Sequence record: PQ464590.1
Reading direction: 5' to 3' (one strand)
Length of the DNA stretch: 64,000 bases
The position numbers and the translations under genes were made by a program. Positions 37,206-46,162 of this stretch are shown piece by piece. The notes under the pieces were generated by a model that did no database searches, had not been told where the DNA came from, and worked only from the letters and a program-made list of their open reading frames with translations. How positions within the stretch are numbered: position 1 is the first letter of the stretch; the number at the start of each line of letters is the position of its first letter.

Positions 37206-37744
37206 TTACGTATCCTCTCATATACGTCCACGAACATCTTATACTTCAGTACTTCATCATCCCCAGGAAGGGCTAGTCTGAAATTATCGAAGTCCTGATT
37301 TCGTGCACAGTTACGCATCATGGTTGAACTGAATACGCTTTCTTCTCTTTGAGAACCAGCCATTACAGTACTAATATTAGCGAAATTGTATAAGGAACCG
37401 TTGTACTTGTCAAGAGTTTTTTGAAACTCATCTTTGCGGTCAGAACCGCCTACGAAAATTATATTGTGGTATTTCCCATCTAAGTCCGTCATGATGTCGA
37501 ATAGTTGGGATTTAGAACCTTGCAGTACTCTACCAATGTCAGGATAGAATCCATCAATGTAGTACTGCTTCAGTTCAAGAGGAAGTGGATTCTTAACATC
37601 ATCCACTGTTGCACTAAGGAATAGTTTTAGATCCGCATTTAGATCCTTTTCTAACTGTAATGCATGTTCGAACACATACCCATGACCAATGTGGACAGGA
37701 TTCATGCGTCCGAACATAAAGATACACGTATCTCTTTTAGACAT
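37202..37744 (-). CDS. HIGH-family cytidylyltransferase-like protein
   Basis: FGRMNPVHIGH, KNPL, GGSDR, SSTMMR. Confidence 0.85.
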   Translation of the reverse strand: MSKRDTCIFMFGRMNPVHIGHGYVFEHALQLEKDLNADLKLFLSATVDDVKNPLPLELKQYYIDGFYPDIGRVLQGSKSQLFDIMTDLDGKYHNIIFVGGSDRKDEFQKTLDKYNGSLYNFANISTVMAGSQREESVFSSTMMRNCARNQDFDNFRLALPGDDEVLKYKMFVDVYERIRK

Positions 37745-38255
37745 TCTTCATCACCAAGCCTAGAGTCTTTAAGTACTGAATCTTAGAATCAGTTAAATTC
37801 TTGTCCAGTACTATCAAGCATGAAGGGAAAGGAGCCGAGTCTTGTTTCTCGTTCTCATTCTTATTCGGGTCAAAGAACTTCAATCTACCTTTGATAAAGC
37901 AGATGCAGTCACAAACCTTAGCTGCGTACTTCTGGAATGCTACAGTATCGGTCCTTGAAGGAACTAACAGTACTACAGTAGCACCTTTATCGTACGCGTC
38001 TACAGCTTTAGCGAGCCACGTTTTTAGGTCATTGTAAGGGGGATTTAGCCAACAAATTTCAGTACCCCAATCTTGAATTAGACTATTGTCGTCAGGAGTG
38101 AAGTACTTTGAACATAATGCACTGTCTTCAAGACAAGCTACATCTAGTGTGAAATGCCATTCGGCATCTATATCTTTGAACAAATCTCTAGGAGTATTCC
38201 ATGTCTGCGATTTAGAACTGAAATGGACTCCATGTTTATCTTTTTTCTCATCCAT
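37737..38255 (-). CDS. phage DNA N6-adenine methyltransferase
   Basis: WNTPRDLF, FTLDVAC, WLNPPY, LVPSRT, FIKGRLKF. Confidence 0.9.
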   Translation of the reverse strand: MDEKKDKHGVHFSSKSQTWNTPRDLFKDIDAEWHFTLDVACLEDSALCSKYFTPDDNSLIQDWGTEICWLNPPYNDLKTWLAKAVDAYDKGATVVLLVPSRTDTVAFQKYAAKVCDCICFIKGRLKFFDPNKNENEKQDSAPFPSCLIVLDKNLTDSKIQYLKTLGLVMKNV

Positions 38256-38269
38256 GAGTTGTTAGTGTC

Positions 38270-38794
38270 CTATTGTAAACAGCACGCTACAATATCATCA
38301 AATCTCTTTGGAACGTAGTCGTACTCATCTAAAAACTTGAAATAAGCACCATATTGCATATAGATATTGAAATGTTCATCCTCTCCAAATTCATATTGCA
38401 TGAACTCTTCGTTGGAACCACTGAAATTTACAAAACTTCTTATGTCTGCGGTGACTTCTTTACTGTCATTGAAGTAGCGGACTTCAGCCAGTACGCCAGC
38501 ACTTGTGTAGCGAGTATACTCGCCAGATAGTTTGCCGTCTTTATTTACCACGTACCTGGAACTAATCCCTCCGTGGTTATACCTCTCTTCTCTGTAATTT
38601 CCGTATTTGACAGAGAAAATAACAGGGAGTTTAGTAGGTCTAAACGAAATCGTACCTAGTACTTCTCCATCTAGGTATTCAGTAATGAAACTGGGTTTCG
38701 AGTATTCCCTCTTGATTTCATATCCAGTAAAAGATGCTAGATGTACTTCATCAAGGGATTTCCCTGTTAGGTCTTTATATTGTTTGGTGGTCAT
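38270..38794 (-). CDS. MORN-variant repeat protein with a divergent FQ-like motif
   Basis: GKLSGEYTRYTSAGVLAEVRYF; GEDEHFNIYMQY. Confidence 0.65.
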   Translation of the reverse strand: MTTKQYKDLTGKSLDEVHLASFTGYEIKREYSKPSFITEYLDGEVLGTISFRPTKLPVIFSVKYGNYREERYNHGGISSRYVVNKDGKLSGEYTRYTSAGVLAEVRYFNDSKEVTADIRSFVNFSGSNEEFMQYEFGEDEHFNIYMQYGAYFKFLDEYDYVPKRFDDIVACCLQ

Positions 38795-38799
38795 TGGTA

Positions 38800-39463
38800 T
38801 TCTTCTTCTCTGATATTTCTAAATGACAAGAATCACTTCACTCCGTTTCAGTGATTCAGTCCTAATTCTATTAAGAAACTCACTATCGTTCGTTCTTAAT
38901 GAATCAGTACTCTTATAAGTTATTAAGAATAATACTTGACGAGGTTTTGTTGATTCAATTTCATCCCCCACTGGGGAGGGAGAAAAGAGGTTTGACGCTG
39001 GTATGCTTCATCATTTTATGTCACGAATTTCTATAAGAACGGAAGCGGGTTGCCCTGTTTCTTCCTATCGCGGTTCTATGCAACGGTCGTAGTCTTACTA
39101 CGCTTCAATACGTACCACATAAACAGTACTGTACTGTATCCTCAAATTTTGGACGCAACTAGGGCTAGCCCTTAGATGGTCGCTTTAAAATCTGAAAGAT
39201 TCCCTTATACATTTGGTAAGGTGCGATCCTTATATGTCTATCATGCCATAAGCAAGCCGAGTTCTGTCGTATTAAATTGACTCGGTTTAATCAGCCGCAT
39301 TGCCGTGGGAGGTACAAACTATGCCTACACCTAACGGGTTTCTTTTGCTGAACGTACTTGAATGCGTACTCATCTGTCCTCTACATTTTCGAGTGAATCA
39401 GGTTCTGGTCGTACTAGTAATAACTAGTCATTCAAAAATAGGTTCGGGACCGGAAATGGTCCC
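38800..39463 (-). ncRNA. candidate structured ncRNA, long leader or origin-like region
   Basis: About 660 nt with no credible minus-strand gene; several hairpins; predicted start at a GGGACC hairpin about 7 nt below a strong -10. Confidence 0.45.
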
Positions 39464-39469
39464 AATTAT

Positions 39470-39499
39470 ATTATATCACATTTTTTGGATTTATCCCAA
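39470..39499 (-). promoter_or_regulatory. promoter of the TTGGGA-N18-TATAAT class
   Basis: TTGGGA TAAATCCAAAAAATGTGA TATAAT. Confidence 0.75.
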
Positions 39500-39505
39500 A
39501 AATCT

Positions 39506-40309
39506 TTACAGTGCTTCAGTACTGATCCTGTGCATATACACATACATCCTACGATAAAATTCAATCTGATGCGGAGTCAATTCATCTTTACAGGCAAGAT
39601 AGTATTCACCATCATCAAGGTACTGATTGAATAAGAAGTTCAACGCATCCATACTAATATAAGTAAATGGTTTGCGATCTGAATCTTCTGCTAACATTGG
39701 AACATTTATAGAAACTTGAACAGTAGGAAATATTTCTTCTTCCTTTTTCTGTAGTACTGTATTTAGATCCGAGCAAATTTGGTAATATTTCGTGTACACC
39801 CAATGCTCAATTATAGGTTTACAGTACTCATGGAGATTCGAATAGAATGCGGGTTCAACCAGTATCGTAACGTTATCACGAGAATTCGTAGGATTATTGT
39901 TTACACCCCACTCTATCATCTGTGCTGACTTTACTGAACCACCCCACGATACACCCTGAGATTTAGAACCGTCATCGTAGGTAGCATTCTCCGCTGAACT
40001 TAGAGAAGAGCCGAATACGTAATTCTCCGTGTACAGGTTATACACTAGATAATCACCATCCATGATACCTTCCATCATGAACTGGAAACCAATGTCATCT
40101 GGTATATCGATTAGTGTAGTTTTGGTTTCCATATGATAACTATCGACGCAGTACTGCCTGAATTCCTCTCGGAACATCTCTTTGAATGAATATAATTCAT
40201 GATGATGACGTTGTGTAGTATAGGAATTGTGTCCTACTGGATCACTTCCTACACAATCTTCACCCCAGCGGTTAGGGTCGTATGTTGATATGCAGAACTT
40301 GATTCTCAT
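39506..40309 (-). CDS. hypothetical protein with an FQ-like motif near the N-terminus
   Basis: PDDIGFQFMMEG. Confidence 0.75.
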   Translation of the reverse strand: MRIKFCISTYDPNRWGEDCVGSDPVGHNSYTTQRHHHELYSFKEMFREEFRQYCVDSYHMETKTTLIDIPDDIGFQFMMEGIMDGDYLVYNLYTENYVFGSSLSSAENATYDDGSKSQGVSWGGSVKSAQMIEWGVNNNPTNSRDNVTILVEPAFYSNLHEYCKPIIEHWVYTKYYQICSDLNTVLQKKEEEIFPTVQVSINVPMLAEDSDRKPFTYISMDALNFLFNQYLDDGEYYLACKDELTPHQIEFYRRMYVYMHRISTEAL

Positions 40310-41076
40310 TATGGTCCTCTGAATGTATGTTTCGTTCCATCAAAAGTACTGTAATAGTACGGTAACGATTTATCAATTGAACTCTCCAGGAAATCACGTA
40401 ACTTAGCATGACGCTGAACACCGTTTACAATATAATTGTTCACGATATTACGCTCATCATACTGTGTTAGTGGCTCTAAGTGGATTTCATAGTCGAATGT
40501 GTTGGCTAGTTTAGCACTATCCAGCACTTTGTAAACCCCATTGCGGTGCGTTTGTCTAAACATTGATCTGCAACCACGAATAAAAGCACTAGGAGAGCTT
40601 GCAGCGTTCACCGCAGCTTTCTCATGGTCCGATATCATAGTGTATCCATAACGCTCCCAGAACGGCGTAAACGTCGCTCTATTGGAGTGTATGTTACGCA
40701 CACCATCATACATAGCCTGAACTTCTACGCGTGGCAGGAACTCCACATCTTCCTCTAGCCAAGCTTTAGGTTGGTCAACCCACAATCCAGTACGGAGATT
40801 GATTCCGTAATCCTCGAAGTCAGAACATTCCATGAAATCTTCAAAGTACTGTGTCAAGTACTCTTCTTTCATAGTACGTAAGTTCTTCTGGTATTCTTTG
40901 ACTAATGGAAGGATTTGTGTATTGTAACGATCCCGTAAAGAATCATCCATGAGTGTATCATCAAAGATATCACGGAATTGTAGTACTGAAATGAGTTTAG
41001 GATGAATTGATGCTGATAGCTTTAGGATTTCATTGATAGTATCTCTTGAGTACTGTTTGATCTCCTTTATATTCAT
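40309..41076 (-). CDS. hypothetical protein
   Basis: Start MNIKE after an AGGAG RBS. Confidence 0.75.
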   Translation of the reverse strand: MNIKEIKQYSRDTINEILKLSASIHPKLISVLQFRDIFDDTLMDDSLRDRYNTQILPLVKEYQKNLRTMKEEYLTQYFEDFMECSDFEDYGINLRTGLWVDQPKAWLEEDVEFLPRVEVQAMYDGVRNIHSNRATFTPFWERYGYTMISDHEKAAVNAASSPSAFIRGCRSMFRQTHRNGVYKVLDSAKLANTFDYEIHLEPLTQYDERNIVNNYIVNGVQRHAKLRDFLESSIDKSLPYYYSTFDGTKHTFRGP

Positions 41077-41112
41077 ATGATCTCCTTGTGTTGAAATTAA
41101 CAAAATTTAATT

Positions 41113-41144
41113 AAAAAAATAGCACGATACCTAAGCATCGTGCT
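41113..41144 (-). terminator. intrinsic terminator
   Basis: AGCACGAT..ATCGTGCT followed by ATTTTTTT. Confidence 0.8.
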
Positions 41145-41150
41145 TTATTA

Positions 41151-41474
41151 TTACCTACGACCGAACCGCTTCCAGCGACTAGCACTAATTATTGCATTCA
41201 CTAGGAAGAAGATACCGAATCCCCAGAATGGAATCACTGCAACCCAACCTATAATAACGTACGCTAAGATGTTCAGCAACGCTACTAATGCCCAAGGCGT
41301 ATCACTGTCACCAAACAAGTTCCAGCCAGGTAGAATACATACATCATCTAGATTATGATACTCATTGAAAGCCATGACGAATGCATATTTTCCGATACAG
41401 TACAGAACACGTGCGACTAACAGTACGTATAAGAACGCACCCAAGTACAAATAAACATTTAGTACAGCTTCCAT
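41151..41474 (-). CDS. membrane protein
   Basis: Two to three hydrophobic segments. Confidence 0.7.
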   Translation of the reverse strand: MEAVLNVYLYLGAFLYVLLVARVLYCIGKYAFVMAFNEYHNLDDVCILPGWNLFGDSDTPWALVALLNILAYVIIGWVAVIPFWGFGIFFLVNAIISASRWKRFGRR

Positions 41475-41485
41475 TGATTTTCCTC

Positions 41486-41800
41486 TTAGTGATTAGTGCT
41501 GTAAGCGAATACTGGACGCATGTTCTCTAGTGGATTCACTTCAGGTTTCAGTACTGTAACGCGTACTGAATACTCTTCTCCAGTAGTAGGGTGAGTTAGA
41601 GTTTCGTAGTGAACGCTCTCGATACATGCTTCGTATTCTTCTTTAGTACGAGTTGGACCAGAACCAAAACGTTTCTTTCCTTCTTGTACTTCTAGTTCAG
41701 TCTCTTGGTCTGGAACGGTATCGTCATGTACTTCAGGTTGTACAGTTTCAAAACCACGTTCTTCTAGACCGCTGAACATATCAAATTTGTTGTTTTCCAT
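41486..41800 (-). CDS. acidic hypothetical protein
   Basis: ORF track. Confidence 0.7.
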   Translation of the reverse strand: MENNKFDMFSGLEERGFETVQPEVHDDTVPDQETELEVQEGKKRFGSGPTRTKEEYEACIESVHYETLTHPTTGEEYSVRVTVLKPEVNPLENMRPVFAYSTNH

Positions 41801-41837
41801 TTCGTAATTCCTTATTTCCGTATAAAAGTATTTGAGA

Positions 41838-42221
41838 TTATGCGATTAGTAGTGTGCCGTGACGTAGCTGCTCAAGTTGTTTCAGTACTACTTCACGTTC
41901 AACGATAGCTGGGACTTCCTCGCCAAGCTGTTCGCATACATCTTCTAAAAATTCTAGATCAGAATTAGAAGAGTTATAAGCTTCTTGTAGTGATAACCAA
42001 ACTTTCGATGGCTCATCACCTACCGAACTCTTAGGCCATTTGTTACCGTACTGTTCAACTGTTTTGTTATTCAGAACACGAATTGCATTGAACAATTGAC
42101 CGATACTGAAGTGCTTAGTAAAACCTAAGTCCTCAATACATACTAGCTTAGGTGAACCTTCTTTCTCGATAAGAAGTACACCTGTGATTGCCTTTAGAAT
42201 CTGTGAATTAGTGTATTGCAT
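41838..42221 (-). CDS. hypothetical protein
   Basis: GAGG RBS; promoter upstream. Confidence 0.75.
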   Translation of the reverse strand: MQYTNSQILKAITGVLLIEKEGSPKLVCIEDLGFTKHFSIGQLFNAIRVLNNKTVEQYGNKWPKSSVGDEPSKVWLSLQEAYNSSNSDLEFLEDVCEQLGEEVPAIVEREVVLKQLEQLRHGTLLIA

Positions 42222-42250
42222 GTTATATCCTCTCTTTCGAATGATGCCTT

Positions 42251-42280
42251 ATTATAGCACATAAACGCGATTCATCCCAA
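42251..42280 (-). promoter_or_regulatory. promoter of the TTGGGA-N18-TATAAT class
   Basis: TTGGGA TGAATCGCGTTTATGTGC TATAAT. Confidence 0.7.
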
Positions 42281-42288
42281 AAATATTT

Positions 42289-42594
42289 TTACCTGAAATT
42301 GATGCTCTTATGCCACTCACCGAAATCTTCCAGTATCAATAGGAACATATCAGGGTCGGAACAATCAAGTACATGCTCAACATAGCCGTACTGTAAGTAT
42401 TTGACCGATTTCTTGGTCTTGTCAAACTTGCTTTGCATCGTGATTAGTTCAGTGGCATTTTCCGCTGAATTTTGTGGAACCAAATATATTGGAGTTCCAT
42501 CAGGGTGTAGTACCTTCTGACTGCCATTAGGGATGGAACGAAGTCCTAAACTCACCGTGAATGGCCTATCATCCTTGAATTTTATTTTGTACAT
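42289..42594 (-). CDS. hypothetical protein with a divergent FQ-like motif
   Basis: SDPDMFLLIL. Confidence 0.65.
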   Translation of the reverse strand: MYKIKFKDDRPFTVSLGLRSIPNGSQKVLHPDGTPIYLVPQNSAENATELITMQSKFDKTKKSVKYLQYGYVEHVLDCSDPDMFLLILEDFGEWHKSINFR

Positions 42595-42595
42595 A

Positions 42596-43492
42596 TCAAT
42601 CCTTCGTTATGTTTTGAAGCACAGTACTGAGAATAGTACAATTCCCACCTGGCTTCATAGCTCCTTTTATTCTACTAACTACTTCAGTACGGAACGTTTC
42701 AATAATCTCAAAAGATTCTTGATCCGCAAGTAATTCGAATTCGAACATGTACTCTGGATTGAATAGATGTTCAAAACTCGCATCAGGGAAGTTCATCAGT
42801 ACTTTCTTTTTCTTGAACGCATCAAGATTCAGACCGTATGACATTTCCACAACACCTTTCTTCGGTGTCTGTTTTAGAGATATTTCCAAGAAACTCTCTT
42901 TATTTCCATTTATAGTACAGTGACGAACTAGACCGTAACTTTCTCTAGTACTGCCATTTGCACGTTGTTTATCGTGTAATTCTAACACATTAGAGTAACC
43001 TGTGTATTGACCTGTTGCTGAACCATCAATATATTTGTACACGAGAAGAATATGCTTATTGTACTTAGCGTACTTAATCGTACTAAAAGCATAACTATCC
43101 GGTAAGAACACAGTTGTTCTTTTTTGTTTAGTACTGCGAGTAATTCCAAGACCTTTTCCAGTACTGCTGATGTTCATGTCCTTATATACAAGTCCTTTAC
43201 CCTTACGCCATGTGTAATTCATTCCATCCATGTATAACATGATGTTATTTCGTTCTTCAGTGTAACGAATAGCAGGGCAATAGATTTTATCAGAACTTGG
43301 ATAGAAAGCGAAGGAAATCTTTTCAATGATCAGTACTGACCCATCTTCTAATGTCAGATGAATGCGTGGGGTATCCTCCCGTACATAATCGAATGGGAGA
43401 AAAGAATTCCCATCAGTACGGTAGAATTCCTTGAACATATCAATGTACTCTTGAAGAGAGTATTTGGTGAAATCAAAATATGGGTGTTTCAT
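42596..43492 (-). CDS. hypothetical protein with a divergent FQ-like motif
   Basis: NPEYMFEFELL near the C-terminus. Confidence 0.75.
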   Translation of the reverse strand: MKHPYFDFTKYSLQEYIDMFKEFYRTDGNSFLPFDYVREDTPRIHLTLEDGSVLIIEKISFAFYPSSDKIYCPAIRYTEERNNIMLYMDGMNYTWRKGKGLVYKDMNISSTGKGLGITRSTKQKRTTVFLPDSYAFSTIKYAKYNKHILLVYKYIDGSATGQYTGYSNVLELHDKQRANGSTRESYGLVRHCTINGNKESFLEISLKQTPKKGVVEMSYGLNLDAFKKKKVLMNFPDASFEHLFNPEYMFEFELLADQESFEIIETFRTEVVSRIKGAMKPGGNCTILSTVLQNITKD

Positions 43493-43507
43493 GTTATCCT
43501 CAAAATG

Positions 43508-43660
43508 TTAAAAGGACGTGCTATCCCAGCCACGTCCTTTATGTTTGATTTTACCTTTACGGTCTTCTTTCTTCTGATCTACAAACGTCTTAGGTTTGTT
43601 GAACGTTTCCATATGTTTCGCAACTGGGTTGCAAACAGCAGGTTTCTTACTCTTAGACAC
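43508..43660 (-). CDS. 50-aa basic protein (absent from the ORF track)
   Basis: GTG start overlapping the upstream stop; NPVAKHMETFNKPKTFVDQKKEDRKGKIKHK. Confidence 0.65.
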   Translation of the reverse strand: MSKSKKPAVCNPVAKHMETFNKPKTFVDQKKEDRKGKIKHKGRGWDSTSF

Positions 43661-44130
43661 TAGTTCACTCCTGGGTCTTTTAGGGTTAGGCTTTCTATGT
43701 CAGATGCGTAAAGCATAACATTAGGATTATCTTCACTCACTCTGAAATCATGATAACTTTCTTTTACAGTGAAGTTATCAAGTATATATCCTTTTGTCAA
43801 GAAAAGAATGACATTATCACCCTTGATCTTGTAAGTATTCTTTTTCATGTGCACTTCACGTTGTGGAGTACTATCAGGGTTGTTCCGCATCACACATTCA
43901 TTGTATTCGTCGTTCAAACACATAGGCATACCCATAATGAATGATTCAGCCCTGTTCACAGTACAGACGAACATGTTACATGTGTCCGAGTGAAAGAAGT
44001 CATACATAGTCTTAGAGCTATAGAATAAGCACTGCACCACTTCTTTGATGTTGAACATCATGTCATGAATTTCAAAACCATCCCGTAGAATTACTTCATC
44101 TAGTGGTCCACATTCTTCTACTTCAATCAT
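43660..44130 (-). CDS. hypothetical protein
   Basis: Start MIEVEE after AGGAG. Confidence 0.7.
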   Translation of the reverse strand: MIEVEECGPLDEVILRDGFEIHDMMFNIKEVVQCLFYSSKTMYDFFHSDTCNMFVCTVNRAESFIMGMPMCLNDEYNECVMRNNPDSTPQREVHMKKNTYKIKGDNVILFLTKGYILDNFTVKESYHDFRVSEDNPNVMLYASDIESLTLKDPGVN

Positions 44131-44175
44131 AAGTTCACTCCTTGAACTTTTACGCACTATCCATGTGCGTAGTGT

Positions 44176-44661
44176 TTATTCTTCTTCGTACAGCTTCGTG
44201 GCTTCACGAACACTTTCAATAGCGGCCTCAAGAGTAGGCACATGTACTTTCTTATCAGTCTTCGGTGCTGAACGTAGCACTTCAAGAACTTCTAAGTATT
44301 TAGGTACGATATCTTTCAGGATTCCGAAGTCAAAATCGTACACCGTGCTCAACTGGAATGTCTCTGCACCAGAGATGTACAGAGAACTAACATCTTTACG
44401 GAAGTCAGTATTGTACAACGCGAGCTTCAGTTCACGTGGAATAACCAAAGAACCAGCCTGAACCTCAGTAGGAACCATAGTAATACTCGCGAACTTATCA
44501 TTATCCACGTACAGAAGACGTAGACTATTCAAACCGATAACAACAGTAACGCCATCGTTGACGTACTGAATATGATCATCCGTTAGTGTAACGTTGTGTG
44601 CTAGTGTAGAATGAGAATTTAGAAAATCAATAATCTCATTGAAACCGTCAATGTGGGTCAT
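44176..44661 (-). CDS. FQ-motif family protein
   Basis: GAETFQLSTVYD. Confidence 0.75.
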   Translation of the reverse strand: MTHIDGFNEIIDFLNSHSTLAHNVTLTDDHIQYVNDGVTVVIGLNSLRLLYVDNDKFASITMVPTEVQAGSLVIPRELKLALYNTDFRKDVSSLYISGAETFQLSTVYDFDFGILKDIVPKYLEVLEVLRSAPKTDKKVHVPTLEAAIESVREATKLYEEE

Positions 44662-45170
44662 GATAGATCCTTTCTGATAACATCAATTAGTTTGACCAGT
44701 ACTTCACGACTAATAGGAAGTATTGGGTTTAGTGTTTCGAACTGGAAGAAGTCATACTCATTCATCAGTTCAAATGGGACTTCAATTTCGAAGTCATCAT
44801 AGCCATAATCATGACTAGGTTTAGTTTCACGAAGCCGAACAACTTCTTTCTTCGGATCTACATGAATAAGAAACTCTGCATGTTTAGTACATTCAAGTCC
44901 AAGTTCATTGTACCCGATATACACTGTAGTATTATCTTTTGTTTTAGTACCGTCTGAATCACGCTCATAAACAGTATGAACTTCTAAACGCATCAATACT
45001 GAACCATATTGAGCAGTAGTGTTTCGCCCGTCCCGCGTAATGTATAATGGAATACCATCATAGTACTGACACGCTCGAAAATCTGACCAACAATCAACTA
45101 CGTGCTTAGTGATCTCGTCACATGAAGATTTACGTGTTCTTGGTTTGAATAAACGATATAAATGAGGCAT
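44658..45170 (-). CDS. FQ-motif family protein
   Basis: NEYDFFQFETL. Confidence 0.75.
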   Translation of the reverse strand: MPHLYRLFKPRTRKSSCDEITKHVVDCWSDFRACQYYDGIPLYITRDGRNTTAQYGSVLMRLEVHTVYERDSDGTKTKDNTTVYIGYNELGLECTKHAEFLIHVDPKKEVVRLRETKPSHDYGYDDFEIEVPFELMNEYDFFQFETLNPILPISREVLVKLIDVIRKDLS

Positions 45171-45597
45171 GTACGCTCCAACATAATTTTATAGTTTCGA
45201 TCATTGTATCAAAATCGAAATCAACTGTCAATGGAATACCAAAACCAATTGTGTTCTGGACGAAGAAAGTCGATTCCATCTCTGATAGCTCAAATGAGTC
45301 ATCGAACAGATTAGTACTGACCATCCCGTTTTTAGTCTTCACCTTCAGTATGAACTGAGGACCGTAACGTAATGTGAAACAATCCTTCTCCATGTACACC
45401 GTACATAGTGTCTGTAAATACGAAGTACGAATTCTGAAATTCATACTGTTCGAACCTTTACCCTTGATGATGTCCACACCGAAACCATCACCGTTGAAGA
45501 ATCCACTCCTGAACTCCAACGGGCGGATAAGAGCCTGTTTCATTCCTTCCTGGATAATATAGTTCACTGTATCAATATTTTTTAGTACATCCAACAT
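45130..45597 (-). CDS. FQ-motif family protein (divergent)
   Basis: MESTFFVQNTI. Confidence 0.7.
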   Translation of the reverse strand: MLDVLKNIDTVNYIIQEGMKQALIRPLEFRSGFFNGDGFGVDIIKGKGSNSMNFRIRTSYLQTLCTVYMEKDCFTLRYGPQFILKVKTKNGMVSTNLFDDSFELSEMESTFFVQNTIGFGIPLTVDFDFDTMIETIKLCWSVHASFISFIQTKNT

Positions 45598-46162
45598 TCT
45601 TATCAATCCCTTCTTTTAGTATAGCCATAAATTGTTCTGGAGGCATAGGTAAGTTTTCAAATTGAGTGAACCGGATCTGGAAACCAAAATCATCAAGACA
45701 ACGAAGCATCGTTCTGTAGATAGAATCCAACTCTTCATACGCTGGCATATCAAATAGAGTACTGTACTGGAAATGATCTTCCTCTGGAAGATAACCAGTA
45801 CTGAAAGTGTTGTTCATTTTATCTATTATGTCAAACATCTCTTCCGAGTACTGCCCACGCTGATGAATCTGCATCCCAGTCAGGTAGTGTACTGATGTGA
45901 AGTCAAAACTATCAAAAGCAGAACCTTCAGATTTAGCATCTTCATCATGGTATAATGAAATCAAATCCAGTGAACCAGTACCAGTACTGTATATTACACG
46001 TGCTTCGTACCCATCAATATGAAGAGATATCTCATCATATTGTGATTTGTGAATAATATGACGACCTAGCCAGCGAGAAGAAAACTTTTGCAGTACTGGA
46101 ATCAGGTCAATGAATTGATTCACTACTTCTAAACGTTGTTCATTGCTCTTCCAAAAACTCAT
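45572..46162 (-). CDS. FQ-motif family protein
   Basis: PEEDHFQYSTLFD. Confidence 0.75.
   Translation of the reverse strand: MSFWKSNEQRLEVVNQFIDLIPVLQKFSSRWLGRHIIHKSQYDEISLHIDGYEARVIYSTGTGSLDLISLYHDEDAKSEGSAFDSFDFTSVHYLTGMQIHQRGQYSEEMFDIIDKMNNTFSTGYLPEEDHFQYSTLFDMPAYEELDSIYRTMLRCLDDFGFQIRFTQFENLPMPPEQFMAILKEGIDKNVGCTKKY

Noticed and set aside
38800-39463. Group I/II intron, tRNA cluster or CRISPR array
   Set aside because: No interrupted gene flanks the region, I could not recognise intron core or tRNA T-loop/anticodon patterns, and there are no regularly spaced direct repeats.
39300-39557. Plus-strand 85-aa ORF in the non-coding region
   Set aside because: It opposes the promoter direction, runs across the promoter and has no recognisable features. 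An internal GGAGG-N8-ATG at about 39321 means a short peptide cannot be fully excluded.
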